The notes under the pieces are model-generated. The model searched no databases. It was given only the letters and a program-made list of their open reading frames with translations, and was not told the DNA's origin. Position numbers and translations under genes: made by a program. Shown here piece after piece: positions 40,976-49,620 of a stretch of DNA of 49,633 nt (position 1 is the stretch's first letter; every line of letters starts with the position of its first letter). Origin of the DNA: Candidatus Hydrogenedentales bacterium (lineage in GTDB: Bacteria; Hydrogenedentota; Hydrogenedentia; Hydrogenedentales; JAEUWI01); the NCBI GenBank assembly GCA_044344195.1, contig JBIJDL010000002.1, positions 1-49,633 on the forward strand, read 5' to 3'.

Positions 40976-43900
40976 TTAGAGTTTCAGGCGGCTGCCTGGG
41001 AATGCCTTGATGTTGAATTCGAGGTTGATGTCGAAGCCGGATTCCCGATCGCGGAAACGGATGGCCGTCTCCCAGCAGTGGAGGCTGCGGCGCAACTCGT
41101 AGGTCTGGGATCGGAGATCGCGCTCCTCGAAATCGTAGGTGTGCTCGAAACCGAAGCCCCACTTGTCGCTGAATTTGTAGCCGAGACCGTAGAGGGCTTC
41201 CCGGTTGAAGACTTCGTCCTGGGTCTTGGTGTAGGCGAAACCGACGCGTCCGCTGACTTTTTCGCCGCGGGGTTCGCCGTCGTAGTACAACTGGGCCAGC
41301 ATGCGGTTGTAGTCGCCGAAGCGACCGCTGTAGTCCTGGGCATCGTCGAAGCCAAAGGCCTCCCCAACGACTTCCTGGTAGAAGCGGGGGAAATTGCGGG
41401 CGATGGAGTAGCGGCTCAGGCTCTGGTCCTCATCAGAGGTCTTCTGACGTTCGCCGACGACCTGAAGGCCCCACCAGGGGCGGGGGCGCACGTCGAGCTC
41501 GACTTCGTAGTCCTCGGTCTTGCTGCGCTCGTTGCGGAGGTCGTTGCCCTGATAGAAGGTGAGGCGCCCGACCTGCCAGACTTCGCCGGTCTCCGCATCG
41601 CGACCGTAGAGCACGTTGGAGAGTTTGGTTTCGATCCGGCTGCGGCCGAAGATGCTGTCGAGGGGGTCGTACTGGGGAATTTCCAGGGGATCCACGCTAG
41701 TATCGGGCCGGTAAGAGTAGGTAATCGACGGCACGATCATGTGCTTGAAGGCGGAGAAGCCCCAGCGGCCGCCGTAGGTGCGGTGAAGGCGCGTCTGGGC
41801 CGTGACGCCCACATTCGTGGAGAGCAGGCCGGCGGAGGTGTCGCTCTGGCGCTCGCGGGAGTAGAAGTAGCCGTCGGCTTCCCAGAATGGGGTGATGGCG
41901 AGTCCGGGCGTGGGATCCCAGCTATAGGTCAAGCGTGCGGTGTTGGCCGTGCGCGCACCGTCCACGCCATAGGGCTCGCGATTGTAGTAGCCGTTGGCCG
42001 TGTCGAAACTGAAATACAGGTTTTCAGCCAGCGGCCGTTCCAGGTAGTGGAAAGTCGCTTCGGGGGTCTGCTCCGTTTCGCTGAACCAATTGTGGGTCTG
42101 GGCCCGGACCGTTCCGGTGGCGATATAGCCCGGCTGGCGGTAGGTGATGTTGGCGAAGGTGCGCGGTTGCGAGCGGCTGCGGAACATGTCGTAGTAGAAG
42201 TCCTTGTAGAACTCCTCGTCGCCCCAGTGCTCGACCTGGGCGCGCACCACGAGGTCATTGCTGTACTCGTAGCGGTGGTACCAGTGGACGTAGCCCCGGT
42301 CCTCGGTCGTGTAGAGGGCGTGGGCTTCGCCCTGGGTGCGGTAGAAGCGGGACGCCGGATTGTTCATGAAGTCGTAGGTGAGATCGGTGCCGAAGCCAAC
42401 GCCTTCCTTCTCGGTCACGAAGAGCCGGGGTCCGAGGGTCACGTCGGGGTTGACCTCGTAGGCCTGGCCCACATTGACGAAGTAGCCGATATCGGCCTGG
42501 CGTCCGCTGTCGAAATCGAGGGTCCAGGGCGAACCACCCACGCCGCCTCGGCGCCAGCGGGGCAGATAGAGGGGGGTGTCGGCTTTGCCCAGTTGCAGGC
42601 GGGCATTGGAACCGGCCACGGGCTGTCCATCCACCATCTCCAGTTCGCTCAGGCGAATCTTGTAGTGGGGATGGGGGCGATCGCAGGTAGTGACCCACAC
42701 GTTTTCGCCGCTCAGGGTCTGGGGGCCGTGGAGGTGGAGCTTCTCGGCGGAGAAATAGTAGATGCCCGCCTGTCCAGTCGCGTTGTTGAGCTCGCCCTTG
42801 CCCGACTTGAAGTCATAGTCCATGTAATCGGCGGTCATCTCACGGGTCGGCTCGACCACGTGGGCGTTGTGGAGCGTCAGGTGGCCCTTGTCGAGAGCGG
42901 GGCCTTCCTCTTCAGGGCCCTTGAGGATTTTGGGTGCTTCGGGGGTCGCTTCGGCCTCGGGATCCAGGCGGAAGTGGATTTCGTCGGCGGTGATGGTGGA
43001 AGACTGCTGGACAATTTCCACGTTGCCCTTCGCATGGAGATCCACGGGTTCCTGCACGTGGGTGAGTTCGTCGGCGGACATGGTCATGTCGCCGAGCTGG
43101 GCACGGAACTCATTAAAGATCGTGGGGGCGCCGCGACCCGCGCTGGAGATGTTGGACGCGGTCACGTTTTCCAGATCTTTGCTCAGGTCGGGGGCCTGAA
43201 AACCGCCCGTGGTCGAGCCGAATTCCGTGGGTTGCACGAGGGCGTCGGTAATCGTCTTGCGATCAAGCTGCTGCATGGGCGAGGCCGAGGGCCGTCCGGT
43301 GGAAGGCGCGCGAACGCTTTCCGTGACAATCGGATTGCGACGAACCGACGCCGAAGAGGGCGGGGTCGTACCGGTGGGGCGAGCAGGCGCCGGGGCAGGC
43401 TCCACGGCGGGTTCCGCAGCCATCTTCACCGGTTCCTGCTCGGGCGCGGCCTCGACGGCGGGTGAAGCTTCGGGTGCCGGTGTCACTTCGGGAGCTGGTT
43501 CCGGCTCTGTCACCACCGCCGGAGCGGGCTCGCTCACAGAGGCGGGCGCTGGCGTTTCGGTGGTTGCCGTTACGACCGGGGCCGCTTCGACGATAACCAG
43601 ATCGCCGTCCTTCTCTCGTTTGGCCTTTCGCTCGGGCTCGGGCTCGGGGGCCGGCTGCGGGGCCTCGGGCTGCGCGGCAACCTGAACCGGAACGGCGCTC
43701 GCCAGGGTATTCAGATTCTCGACCTGCGCCCGGGAGGATTTTGGATCAAGCAACGCAACGACGCCGCCGCTTGCGGCAACGGCAGTGGCCGGTTGGGAGA
43801 TGGTTTCCGTATGGATGGTCTTGAGGCCGGCGTCGAGGGTTTCGAGGGAGCCCGCTTTCAGGGTATAGAGGACCCCGCCGTCGCTACTCAAATCATCCAC

Positions 43901-44617
43901 GGCCATATCGCGGGTCGCGGTCACGACCGCGCTCGCCGGATTCACGACGAACAACTTGTCCGTGCTCGCCAGGACGAAGGTTTCGCCCGTGTGGGCCACG
44001 ACGCGGGTAGCCATGGCGCTCAGGGTGACGGAATTGCCCGGCGCGAGGGAATCGCGATCGTAGAGTTGTACGCGGGCTTCGGCGCGCCCGACCACCGCGA
44101 GGTTCTGGCCTGATACCGCCAGATCGACGGGCACGCTGGGGCATTCCGTGATGGTTTCGACGCTGTTGGTCGCCGCATTGATCACCGAAAGCGAGTCGGA
44201 AAAGGTGTTGGCCGTGACGAAGCGTCCACCGCCAATGGACACAATGGCGCTGGGGCTTTCGCCGGTCGCCAGGGTGCCGCTGACTTCGAGGGTGTCCAGC
44301 CGAACGATGGTCACGGAATTGCCCAGCCGGTTGGCCACGGCGAGATACGCGCCATCCAGCGCGAGGGCGCCGGGGCCATCGCCCACGTTGATGCGTGTAG
44401 CGATATCGCCATTGGCCGGGTTGATGGTCCACACCGCGTCGCGATCATAGACCGCGACGAAGAACTGGCCAAGGTCCGGGTTGACGGCGGCATCGCGGAA
44501 TTGTCCCTGGGCCTTCAAGGGCTCCGGCGTGGACTGGCCGTAAGACAAGGGGGCACCTGCGAGCAGGGCGAGCGTGGCGGCCGCTAGGGCGGGTAAAACG
44601 CGTTTGCGCAGAGTCAC
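40976..44617 (-). CDS. lptD: LptD/OstA-like outer-membrane LPS-assembly protein with an N-terminal beta-propeller extension and a Pro/Ala/Glu-rich linker
   Basis: OstA_N-like segment (AKGNVEIVQQSSTITADEIHF...). LptD hallmark VTTCDRPHPHYKIRLSELEMVDG...ARLQLGKADTPLYLPRW (TTC...W.i.a..i ... P.fY.P). The C-terminal region of about 550 aa is rich in aromatic-ending beta strands. The N-terminal 300 aa have YVTN-like repeats (GDGPGALALDGAYLAVANRLGNSVTIV). The linker of about 100 aa is PAPEPEP-type. Confidence 0.7.
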   Translation of the reverse strand: MTLRKRVLPALAAATLALLAGAPLSYGQSTPEPLKAQGQFRDAAVNPDLGQFFVAVYDRDAVWTINPANGDIATRINVGDGPGALALDGAYLAVANRLGNSVTIVRLDTLEVSGTLATGESPSAIVSIGGGRFVTANTFSDSLSVINAATNSVETITECPSVPVDLAVSGQNLAVVGRAEARVQLYDRDSLAPGNSVTLSAMATRVVAHTGETFVLASTDKLFVVNPASAVVTATRDMAVDDLSSDGGVLYTLKAGSLETLDAGLKTIHTETISQPATAVAASGGVVALLDPKSSRAQVENLNTLASAVPVQVAAQPEAPQPAPEPEPERKAKREKDGDLVIVEAAPVVTATTETPAPASVSEPAPAVVTEPEPAPEVTPAPEASPAVEAAPEQEPVKMAAEPAVEPAPAPARPTGTTPPSSASVRRNPIVTESVRAPSTGRPSASPMQQLDRKTITDALVQPTEFGSTTGGFQAPDLSKDLENVTASNISSAGRGAPTIFNEFRAQLGDMTMSADELTHVQEPVDLHAKGNVEIVQQSSTITADEIHFRLDPEAEATPEAPKILKGPEEEGPALDKGHLTLHNAHVVEPTREMTADYMDYDFKSGKGELNNATGQAGIYYFSAEKLHLHGPQTLSGENVWVTTCDRPHPHYKIRLSELEMVDGQPVAGSNARLQLGKADTPLYLPRWRRGGVGGSPWTLDFDSGRQADIGYFVNVGQAYEVNPDVTLGPRLFVTEKEGVGFGTDLTYDFMNNPASRFYRTQGEAHALYTTEDRGYVHWYHRYEYSNDLVVRAQVEHWGDEEFYKDFYYDMFRSRSQPRTFANITYRQPGYIATGTVRAQTHNWFSETEQTPEATFHYLERPLAENLYFSFDTANGYYNREPYGVDGARTANTARLTYSWDPTPGLAITPFWEADGYFYSRERQSDTSAGLLSTNVGVTAQTRLHRTYGGRWGFSAFKHMIVPSITYSYRPDTSVDPLEIPQYDPLDSIFGRSRIETKLSNVLYGRDAETGEVWQVGRLTFYQGNDLRNERSKTEDYEVELDVRPRPWWGLQVVGERQKTSDEDQSLSRYSIARNFPRFYQEVVGEAFGFDDAQDYSGRFGDYNRMLAQLYYDGEPRGEKVSGRVGFAYTKTQDEVFNREALYGLGYKFSDKWGFGFEHTYDFEERDLRSQTYELRRSLHCWETAIRFRDRESGFDINLEFNIKAFPGSRLKL

Positions 44618-44621
44618 AGAT

Positions 44622-44999
44622 CTACTTTCCCGTTGTGATGAACCAGAACGCGGCGACTTTCTTGCCGCTCTGATCCTTCTTTTCCGTGGGGCGAACCAAC
44701 TCTTCGAGGGGGGCTTCGGTTGCGGGCACTTCGCTGACCGTGGTGGTTGTCGGGACCGTCTCCGAACTCGCCTCCGCCTTCAGTTCTCCGAGGGTCTGGG
44801 GGGGGGCGGGATCGCCCTGCGTGGTTTGCGCGGGCAGATCCACATTCGGCAGCGCGCCAGGCTCGGAGGCCGGAGGTGCGGGCGCCGCAGGCGTCTCCAC
44901 CGGTGCCGCTTCCGTGGTGACCGGAGCTTCGGCGACCGGTTCGGCTCCCTGGAGCAGGGCCAGTCCGGCCAGGGTGGCGGCTAGGAAGAAACTAGACAT
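44622..44999 (-). CDS. Small secreted Pro/Ala/Thr/Glu-rich protein (hypothetical)
   Basis: ATG 44999 with GGAGAAG upstream. Signal peptide MSSFFLAATLAGLALLQG, then low-complexity PA/TE sequence similar in composition to the LptD linker. It ends 4 nt before the lptD-like start. The ORF-track start at 45155 lies inside the pfkB gene. Confidence 0.45.
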   Translation of the reverse strand: MSSFFLAATLAGLALLQGAEPVAEAPVTTEAAPVETPAAPAPPASEPGALPNVDLPAQTTQGDPAPPQTLGELKAEASSETVPTTTTVSEVPATEAPLEELVRPTEKKDQSGKKVAAFWFITTGK

Positions 45000-45931
45000 G
45001 GTTGCTTCTCCATCAGATGGGTGGCGGCATCCAGGTTGATGTTGGGTCCCGCGCTGCCGGTGGTCTGGACGGTCAACGCGCCAATCGCATTGGCCAGGGC
45101 GCCGCAGCGCGCCAGGGGCCATTTCTTGGTCAGTCCGTAGATGAAGCCGGCGCACGCGGCATCGCCCGCTCCCGTGCCATCCACCACCTTCACGTCGTGG
45201 GCTTTGAATTCAACAGTCTCATTGTTGTCGCGCACCAGCAAACCATCGCCACCCATTTTCAGCAGGATGTGCTCTATGCCGAAACCCGCGAAGAAATCGA
45301 GGATTTCGCCGGGCTCGGTTTTGCCTGAATAGTGGGGGGCTTCGCTCATGCTTGTGCAGAGGATATTCGTATGGGGCAGGGCCGCTTCCATCAGGGGAAG
45401 CCAGGTCCCGGAACCATCGAAGCAGGTGTCGATGGAGGTGCGCACCCCGAAGGATTGAATACGCTTGAAGACCCGGCCGATGGGCTCGCCATGGAGTTTC
45501 GGCGTCAGGCCGGGACCGCCCCAGTGAAAGACCTTCGTGCGCTGGCACATGTCAAAGTCGATATCATCCTCGGAAAGGATGCCCACGGTGCCCACATGGT
45601 GAAGGAAGGTGCGCTCGCCATCGCTGCCGATGAGCACGACCGTCGCGGCGGAACCGCAGTTTTCCACTCGGCGGATACCCTGGGTGTTTACCCCGGCTTC
45701 CTGGAAGGCTTCAATGAGGAAATTTCCAAAGGGATCACTGCCCAGGCAGCCGGCAAAGGCCGCCTTGCCGCCGAGGCGGCTGAATACGGCGGCGGTGACG
45801 CCGGCGAGACCACCCATGGTCATTTCCAGGGAGGGGATGAGGCCGAGGGTTCCCCGCGCGGGGAGTTCGTCTACAGGTTGTGCTTTCACATCGGCACATA
45901 CACAACCGATGGTAACAAGATCAAACGCCAT
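44981..45931 (-). CDS. PfkB family carbohydrate kinase
   Basis: N-terminal GCVCADV, the C-terminal signature VVDGTGAGDAACAGFIYG, and the overall ribokinase-fold pattern. Confidence 0.85.
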   Translation of the reverse strand: MAFDLVTIGCVCADVKAQPVDELPARGTLGLIPSLEMTMGGLAGVTAAVFSRLGGKAAFAGCLGSDPFGNFLIEAFQEAGVNTQGIRRVENCGSAATVVLIGSDGERTFLHHVGTVGILSEDDIDFDMCQRTKVFHWGGPGLTPKLHGEPIGRVFKRIQSFGVRTSIDTCFDGSGTWLPLMEAALPHTNILCTSMSEAPHYSGKTEPGEILDFFAGFGIEHILLKMGGDGLLVRDNNETVEFKAHDVKVVDGTGAGDAACAGFIYGLTKKWPLARCGALANAIGALTVQTTGSAGPNINLDAATHLMEKQPCLVSS

Positions 45932-46017
45932 GCAATGCGCCCTTTATTGGAAAATGGTTTGGTTTGCAGCACTTGGAGTATAGCAAGTTGGGTATCGGGG
46001 CGCAATGTTGCGGGCGG

Positions 46018-46089
46018 CTATCGGACGGATCGGACCTATCAGACGAATCGGTATCCGAACGGTCTGATTGGTCCAATCCGTCTGGTAGG
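46018..46089. repeat. Imperfect long palindrome built from 9-nt repeat units
   Basis: CTATCGGAC GGATCGGAC CTATCAGAC GAATCGG -tat- CCGAACGG TCTGATTGG TCCAATCCG TCTGGTAGG. The reverse complement of the left half matches the right half at about 27 of 34 positions. Confidence 0.7.
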
Positions 46090-46109
46090 TCAGCGCGGTC
46101 TGATCGGCG

Positions 46110-46190
46110 TCACTTTTCCAATCGGAAATCGTCCATCAAATCCCCCAATCGCCCATTCGGCAATACATCCTGGGCCTTGACGTCGAACTC
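46110..46190 (-). pseudogene. Fossil 3' end (26 codons + stop) of a paralogue of the metallophosphoesterase gene at 47025-49349
   Basis: Minus-strand translation gives EFDVKAQDVLPNGRLGDLMDDFRLEK-stop. The intact gene ends KLDFKAQEVLPNGRLGGLMDDFRLEK-stop. That is 21 of 26 aa identical and roughly 80% nt identity. An in-frame TAA (46191-46193) lies immediately upstream, so only the tail survives. Confidence 0.65.
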
Positions 46191-46285
46191 TTAGAGAACC
46201 ACACCTGTCTAAATGGAGCCCACCTCGAAGGACGATAATCTCTTGCAACTTCGCGGCGGGTCAGAACCTCCCGTTCAAACTGTGG

Positions 46286-46681
46286 TCAATGTCCCGCGAA
46301 GAACTTAAGATTTGGATACTGGAGCATAGTTTCGTCTACCGTGAGGATGGTGAGATCATGTTCAATCGCCTGGCAGATCAAGATCCGGTCGAAGGGATCG
46401 CGATGTATGTCGGGTAGTTGCTCAAGGTGCCGTATACTGGCTTCGTCAAGTGATAGTGCTCCGATGGAATGCTGTTGACGTTTCGACACAAGGTATGCCG
46501 CTGATGCGTCGGGCAGAGGCAACTTGCCGAGACGGTGCTTTACAAGACACTCCCACAGCGAAACGGCGCTTAGCAGGACGCAATTTTCGGGCTCACGGAT
46601 GGCATTTTCCATGCTCGCGGCGAGTCGTCCGTCGCCCGTGACGTACCAGAGGAAAATGTGGGTATCAAGCAAAAGATTCAC
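46286..46681 (-). CDS. vapC: PIN-domain VapC toxin
   Basis: NLLLDTHIFLWY... and the later acidic residues (DPFDRILICQA) are the VapC/PIN pattern. 131 aa. The GTG start overlaps the antitoxin stop (GTGA). Confidence 0.9.
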   Translation of the reverse strand: MNLLLDTHIFLWYVTGDGRLAASMENAIREPENCVLLSAVSLWECLVKHRLGKLPLPDASAAYLVSKRQQHSIGALSLDEASIRHLEQLPDIHRDPFDRILICQAIEHDLTILTVDETMLQYPNLKFFAGH

Positions 46682-46887
46682 GCGTCAAAATCACGCAGGA
46701 TCGATTCAGGTAGCGGGGCGTCGAAATCATCCGGCACGCTGAACTCACCTTTGCAGAGTCCCACTGGACGAAGATCGGATGGCGATACGGAGCGCAATCG
46801 TATGAACTCGGCGAAATCAAGCACCTCCACTTGCCGGTCCGGTGACAGTGCCCTTACGGTTAGGAGAAGCTGAGTTTCGATGTTCAT
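46678..46887 (-). CDS. VapB-type antitoxin (DUF2281-like)
   Basis: 69 aa. LSPDRQVEVLDFAEFI and C-terminal FDAPLPE match the DUF2281-style antitoxins that pair with PIN toxins. Translationally coupled to vapC. Confidence 0.7.
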   Translation of the reverse strand: MNIETQLLLTVRALSPDRQVEVLDFAEFIRLRSVSPSDLRPVGLCKGEFSVPDDFDAPLPESILRDFDA

Positions 46888-47024
46888 ATTGATTCCTCCG
46901 ACTGGTAATTCGGATTTGCTCGAAGTGCAGGGTTCGTCCGGGTGTCCCGTTCAATATCAATAATCAAAATTGTAACACAGCAACCTTTGAACGGCCCAAA
47001 TCCCTTTTGCAGTGTTAGTGGAGT

Positions 47025-49349
47025 TTATTTCTCCAGCCGGAAATCATCCATCAAGCCGCCCAATCGCCCATTGGGCAACACCTCCTGGGCCTTGAAGTCG
47101 AGCTTCTTTCCGTCGATGGCGATGTTGAGGTAGTGGTGGCGGTAATAGGCCCCTTCGTCGGGCTCGTCGCTGTCGGGGCGGGCGGGGTGATCGGGGAGGT
47201 CGATCTGGTCCCATTCCTTGTACTTGTGGTTATCCAGGCTGCCGCCTCCGCCGCCGTTGATGATGTGGATGACGTTGTTCGGGCCGTCCGCCGGGTGGGG
47301 GAAGCCGCGCTCGTAGGCGTGGGTGTGGCCGCTGAAGGTGAAGTCCACGTCGTAAGCCTCCAACATGGGCGTGATGCCGTTGCGGATGAAATCTTCACCG
47401 TCGTAGTAGCCGCCGCTCCAGGTCTCGGCATAGGCGGGCTCATGGAAGAACACAAAGGTCCAGTCGTACTTGCCCTGATTGTCTTTGAGCTCTTTTTCCA
47501 GCCAGATGATCTGCGGGTCGGTGGGGTCCACCGTGTTGCCCAGCGCGGGGTCGGCGTGGGGGAGTTGCTTGATGCGCAGGGGCTCCAGGACGATGAAATG
47601 GGCGTTGGCGTGTACGAATGAATAGTAATAGTTCGTACTGCCCGGCGAAGTGTCCGGGTGCTTGAAATAATGGTCAAACGCGGGCACGTCGGGATTGCCG
47701 TCGAAGCCGCCGTACTCGTGGTTGCCCATGGCGATGTAGCTGGGGAACTTGTGCTGGAAGTAGCGCGCGGGGATCAGGTATTGGTAGGACCACTCGTCCC
47801 AGTTGATGCCCCGATTCACCACGTCGCCCACGCTGATGACGAAGCTGGCGGAGTCGCGACCAATGGCCCGCGCCACGCGCTCGGTCATGCGGTAGCCCCC
47901 CTGATGATCCGCCCACACGATGAAGTTGAAGGGCGCGGGGCCATCGGGGGCCGTGGTGAAGGTGTAGGTCTTCGTCTCCTGGCGTCCGACGGCCACCTGA
48001 TACTGGTAGGTCGTGGCGGGCTTCAGGTCGCTGAGCACGACCTTGTGGATCGTGCTCTCAGTGCTTTCTTCGGTGACTTTTTTGTTCAGTCTATCGACGC
48101 CATAGCGCACGGTGGAGGGCAGGGGGGCGCTGGTCTCGAAGACTACCGTGATCTCGTCGGGCCGCAGATCCTGAAGGTACGGCTGGAGCAGCAGCACGGG
48201 GTCGGACTGCACCTCGGCCTTCAACGCGGCCACGGCGGTCTGGGTCGCTTGCAGGGTCGCCGTGAAGGTCGTCATGTCCGCGCTGGCCGTCGTTAAGGGT
48301 GTGGTCAGGGCCTCAATCGCCGCCACCCATTCCGTGCGCGGCTGGTCGTTGCTCCGGATCCACGTGGCGAGGCGGTTGAGCTCTTCCTGAAGCTCCAATT
48401 TGATCTTGTAGCCCGCGTCGATGGCCGCAACGCGCCACGCGGCCTGGCGCAGCTTACCGGAGCCCCAGCGGTTCAAGATTCGCGCCGCCACGAAAATTTC
48501 ATCGCCCGGCTTTACGCCCTCGGGCAACGCAAAGATGCTGCCGCGCGTGTCCTTGCCCACGGGCTCGACTTTCACGCCGTTGATGTAGCACTCGCCCGGA
48601 TCGTCGAAGTCCAGCGCGAGTAAGGGCGCAAACTGGGCCGTGTCCAGGTCCGCGATGGCCGTGGGAACGGTCAGTCGCGCGCGATACCACGCGGGGACCT
48701 GATCGCCCTCCCAGGGATCGTTCACCTTGACCACTTCCCAGGCCGCATCGTCGAATTCAGGCTTGAAGGCGCTGTCGTCGGGGCCTTTTACCATGCGCTT
48801 CCACGGACCCAGCGACACCGCGTAATCCTTCAGGCCGTCGAAGGCGACATTGGCGGCGCTCATGGCCTCGGTGAGTCCTCGGGGTTCGCCCTGGAGCTTC
48901 ACTTTGGTCAACTGTGCCGGTTTGTCGCCATGGCGCATGCCCAGCGCCAGCACAATGGGATCGCCGCCCTGGATATCGGGCGGAAGCAGCAGCGAAAGCT
49001 CATTCGTGCCCATGCCGGGGATCTCCTGCACGAGCGCGCCGTTGGCCATCACGGTGACGGGCCCTTCGGCCTCCAGCGACAGCACCACCTGTTTGCCACC
49101 CCAGACTTCGGGAATCGTCAGCTCCGCGATGAACCACGCCCCGGCCCGGGTCCGCTCGGGACTCCAGGGCAAGGTGACGATGGGCAACTCCGTGAGCGGC
49201 ACTTCCGGTGGCGTGGCCGCGGCGGCCTTCGTGGCGACATAGCGCCAGTCCTGGACCAGGAGCTGGACGGTGGAATCGAAGTCCCACTCGGCGCGGGCCG
49301 GGAGAACGGAAAAGGTGGCCAGAGTCAAAAGGAGGGCAAGGCGCTTCAC
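47025..49349 (-). CDS. Secreted calcineurin-like metallophosphoesterase (purple acid phosphatase-like) with N-terminal beta-sandwich domains
   Basis: Signal peptide MKRLALLLTLATFSVLPARA. Phosphoesterase blocks GDVVNRG, GNHE, VFFHEP and GHTHAYER. An FN3-like segment (VVFETSAPLPSTVRYG) precedes the catalytic domain, as in PAPs. Confidence 0.85.
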   Translation of the reverse strand: MKRLALLLTLATFSVLPARAEWDFDSTVQLLVQDWRYVATKAAAATPPEVPLTELPIVTLPWSPERTRAGAWFIAELTIPEVWGGKQVVLSLEAEGPVTVMANGALVQEIPGMGTNELSLLLPPDIQGGDPIVLALGMRHGDKPAQLTKVKLQGEPRGLTEAMSAANVAFDGLKDYAVSLGPWKRMVKGPDDSAFKPEFDDAAWEVVKVNDPWEGDQVPAWYRARLTVPTAIADLDTAQFAPLLALDFDDPGECYINGVKVEPVGKDTRGSIFALPEGVKPGDEIFVAARILNRWGSGKLRQAAWRVAAIDAGYKIKLELQEELNRLATWIRSNDQPRTEWVAAIEALTTPLTTASADMTTFTATLQATQTAVAALKAEVQSDPVLLLQPYLQDLRPDEITVVFETSAPLPSTVRYGVDRLNKKVTEESTESTIHKVVLSDLKPATTYQYQVAVGRQETKTYTFTTAPDGPAPFNFIVWADHQGGYRMTERVARAIGRDSASFVISVGDVVNRGINWDEWSYQYLIPARYFQHKFPSYIAMGNHEYGGFDGNPDVPAFDHYFKHPDTSPGSTNYYYSFVHANAHFIVLEPLRIKQLPHADPALGNTVDPTDPQIIWLEKELKDNQGKYDWTFVFFHEPAYAETWSGGYYDGEDFIRNGITPMLEAYDVDFTFSGHTHAYERGFPHPADGPNNVIHIINGGGGGSLDNHKYKEWDQIDLPDHPARPDSDEPDEGAYYRHHYLNIAIDGKKLDFKAQEVLPNGRLGGLMDDFRLEK

Positions 49350-49432
49350 GGGGTACTCCTTGGGGTTAAGCGTCGGGGCTCGGTCGAGCCGGGGGTAGTA
49401 TAGACGCGGGAGCGGGAGGCAGTCTAGGGAGT

Positions 49433-49620
49433 GAGTCTGGAGACTGGAGTCCAGAGTCTGGAGACTGGAGACTGGAGAGTGGAGACTGGAGACCGGAGTC
49501 TGGAGTCAGGACGGGAATGGGTCGTATGGGTCGTATGACATAGGGCTCTCATTCCGACCCATACGACCCATTTCCACCAGACTCCAGACTCTCCCCTCCA
49601 GACTCTTTCCGAACCCATTC
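49433..49620. repeat. Composite palindromic element: (GAGWCTG)x11 array, core inverted repeat, inverted (CAGACTC) units
   Basis: Eleven 7-mers at 49433-49509 (GAGTCTG/GAGACTG variants). Core arms are GGAATGGGTCGTATGGGTCG and CGACCCATACGACCCATTTCC. They are followed by CAGACTC CAGACTC ... CAGACTC, the reverse complement of the array unit. The element runs close to the window edge. Confidence 0.9.

Noticed and set aside
41078-43465. 795-aa plus-strand ORF antisense to the lptD-like gene. The same class includes 12687-13706 (+), 15319-16482 (+), 17050-17898 (-), 18607-19449 (-), 19450-20142 (-), 34336-35262 (-), 36501-37604 (-), 39732-40901 (+), 45332-46180 (+) and 47658-48296 (+)
   Set aside because: All are antisense shadows of motif-supported genes in GC-rich DNA. 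None has a recognisable domain, an RBS or plausible composition.
49424-49618. 64-aa minus-strand ORF across the right-edge repeats
   Set aside because: It is the translation of the heptamer palindrome (repetitive SPVSTLQSPVSRLWTPVSRL), not a credible gene.
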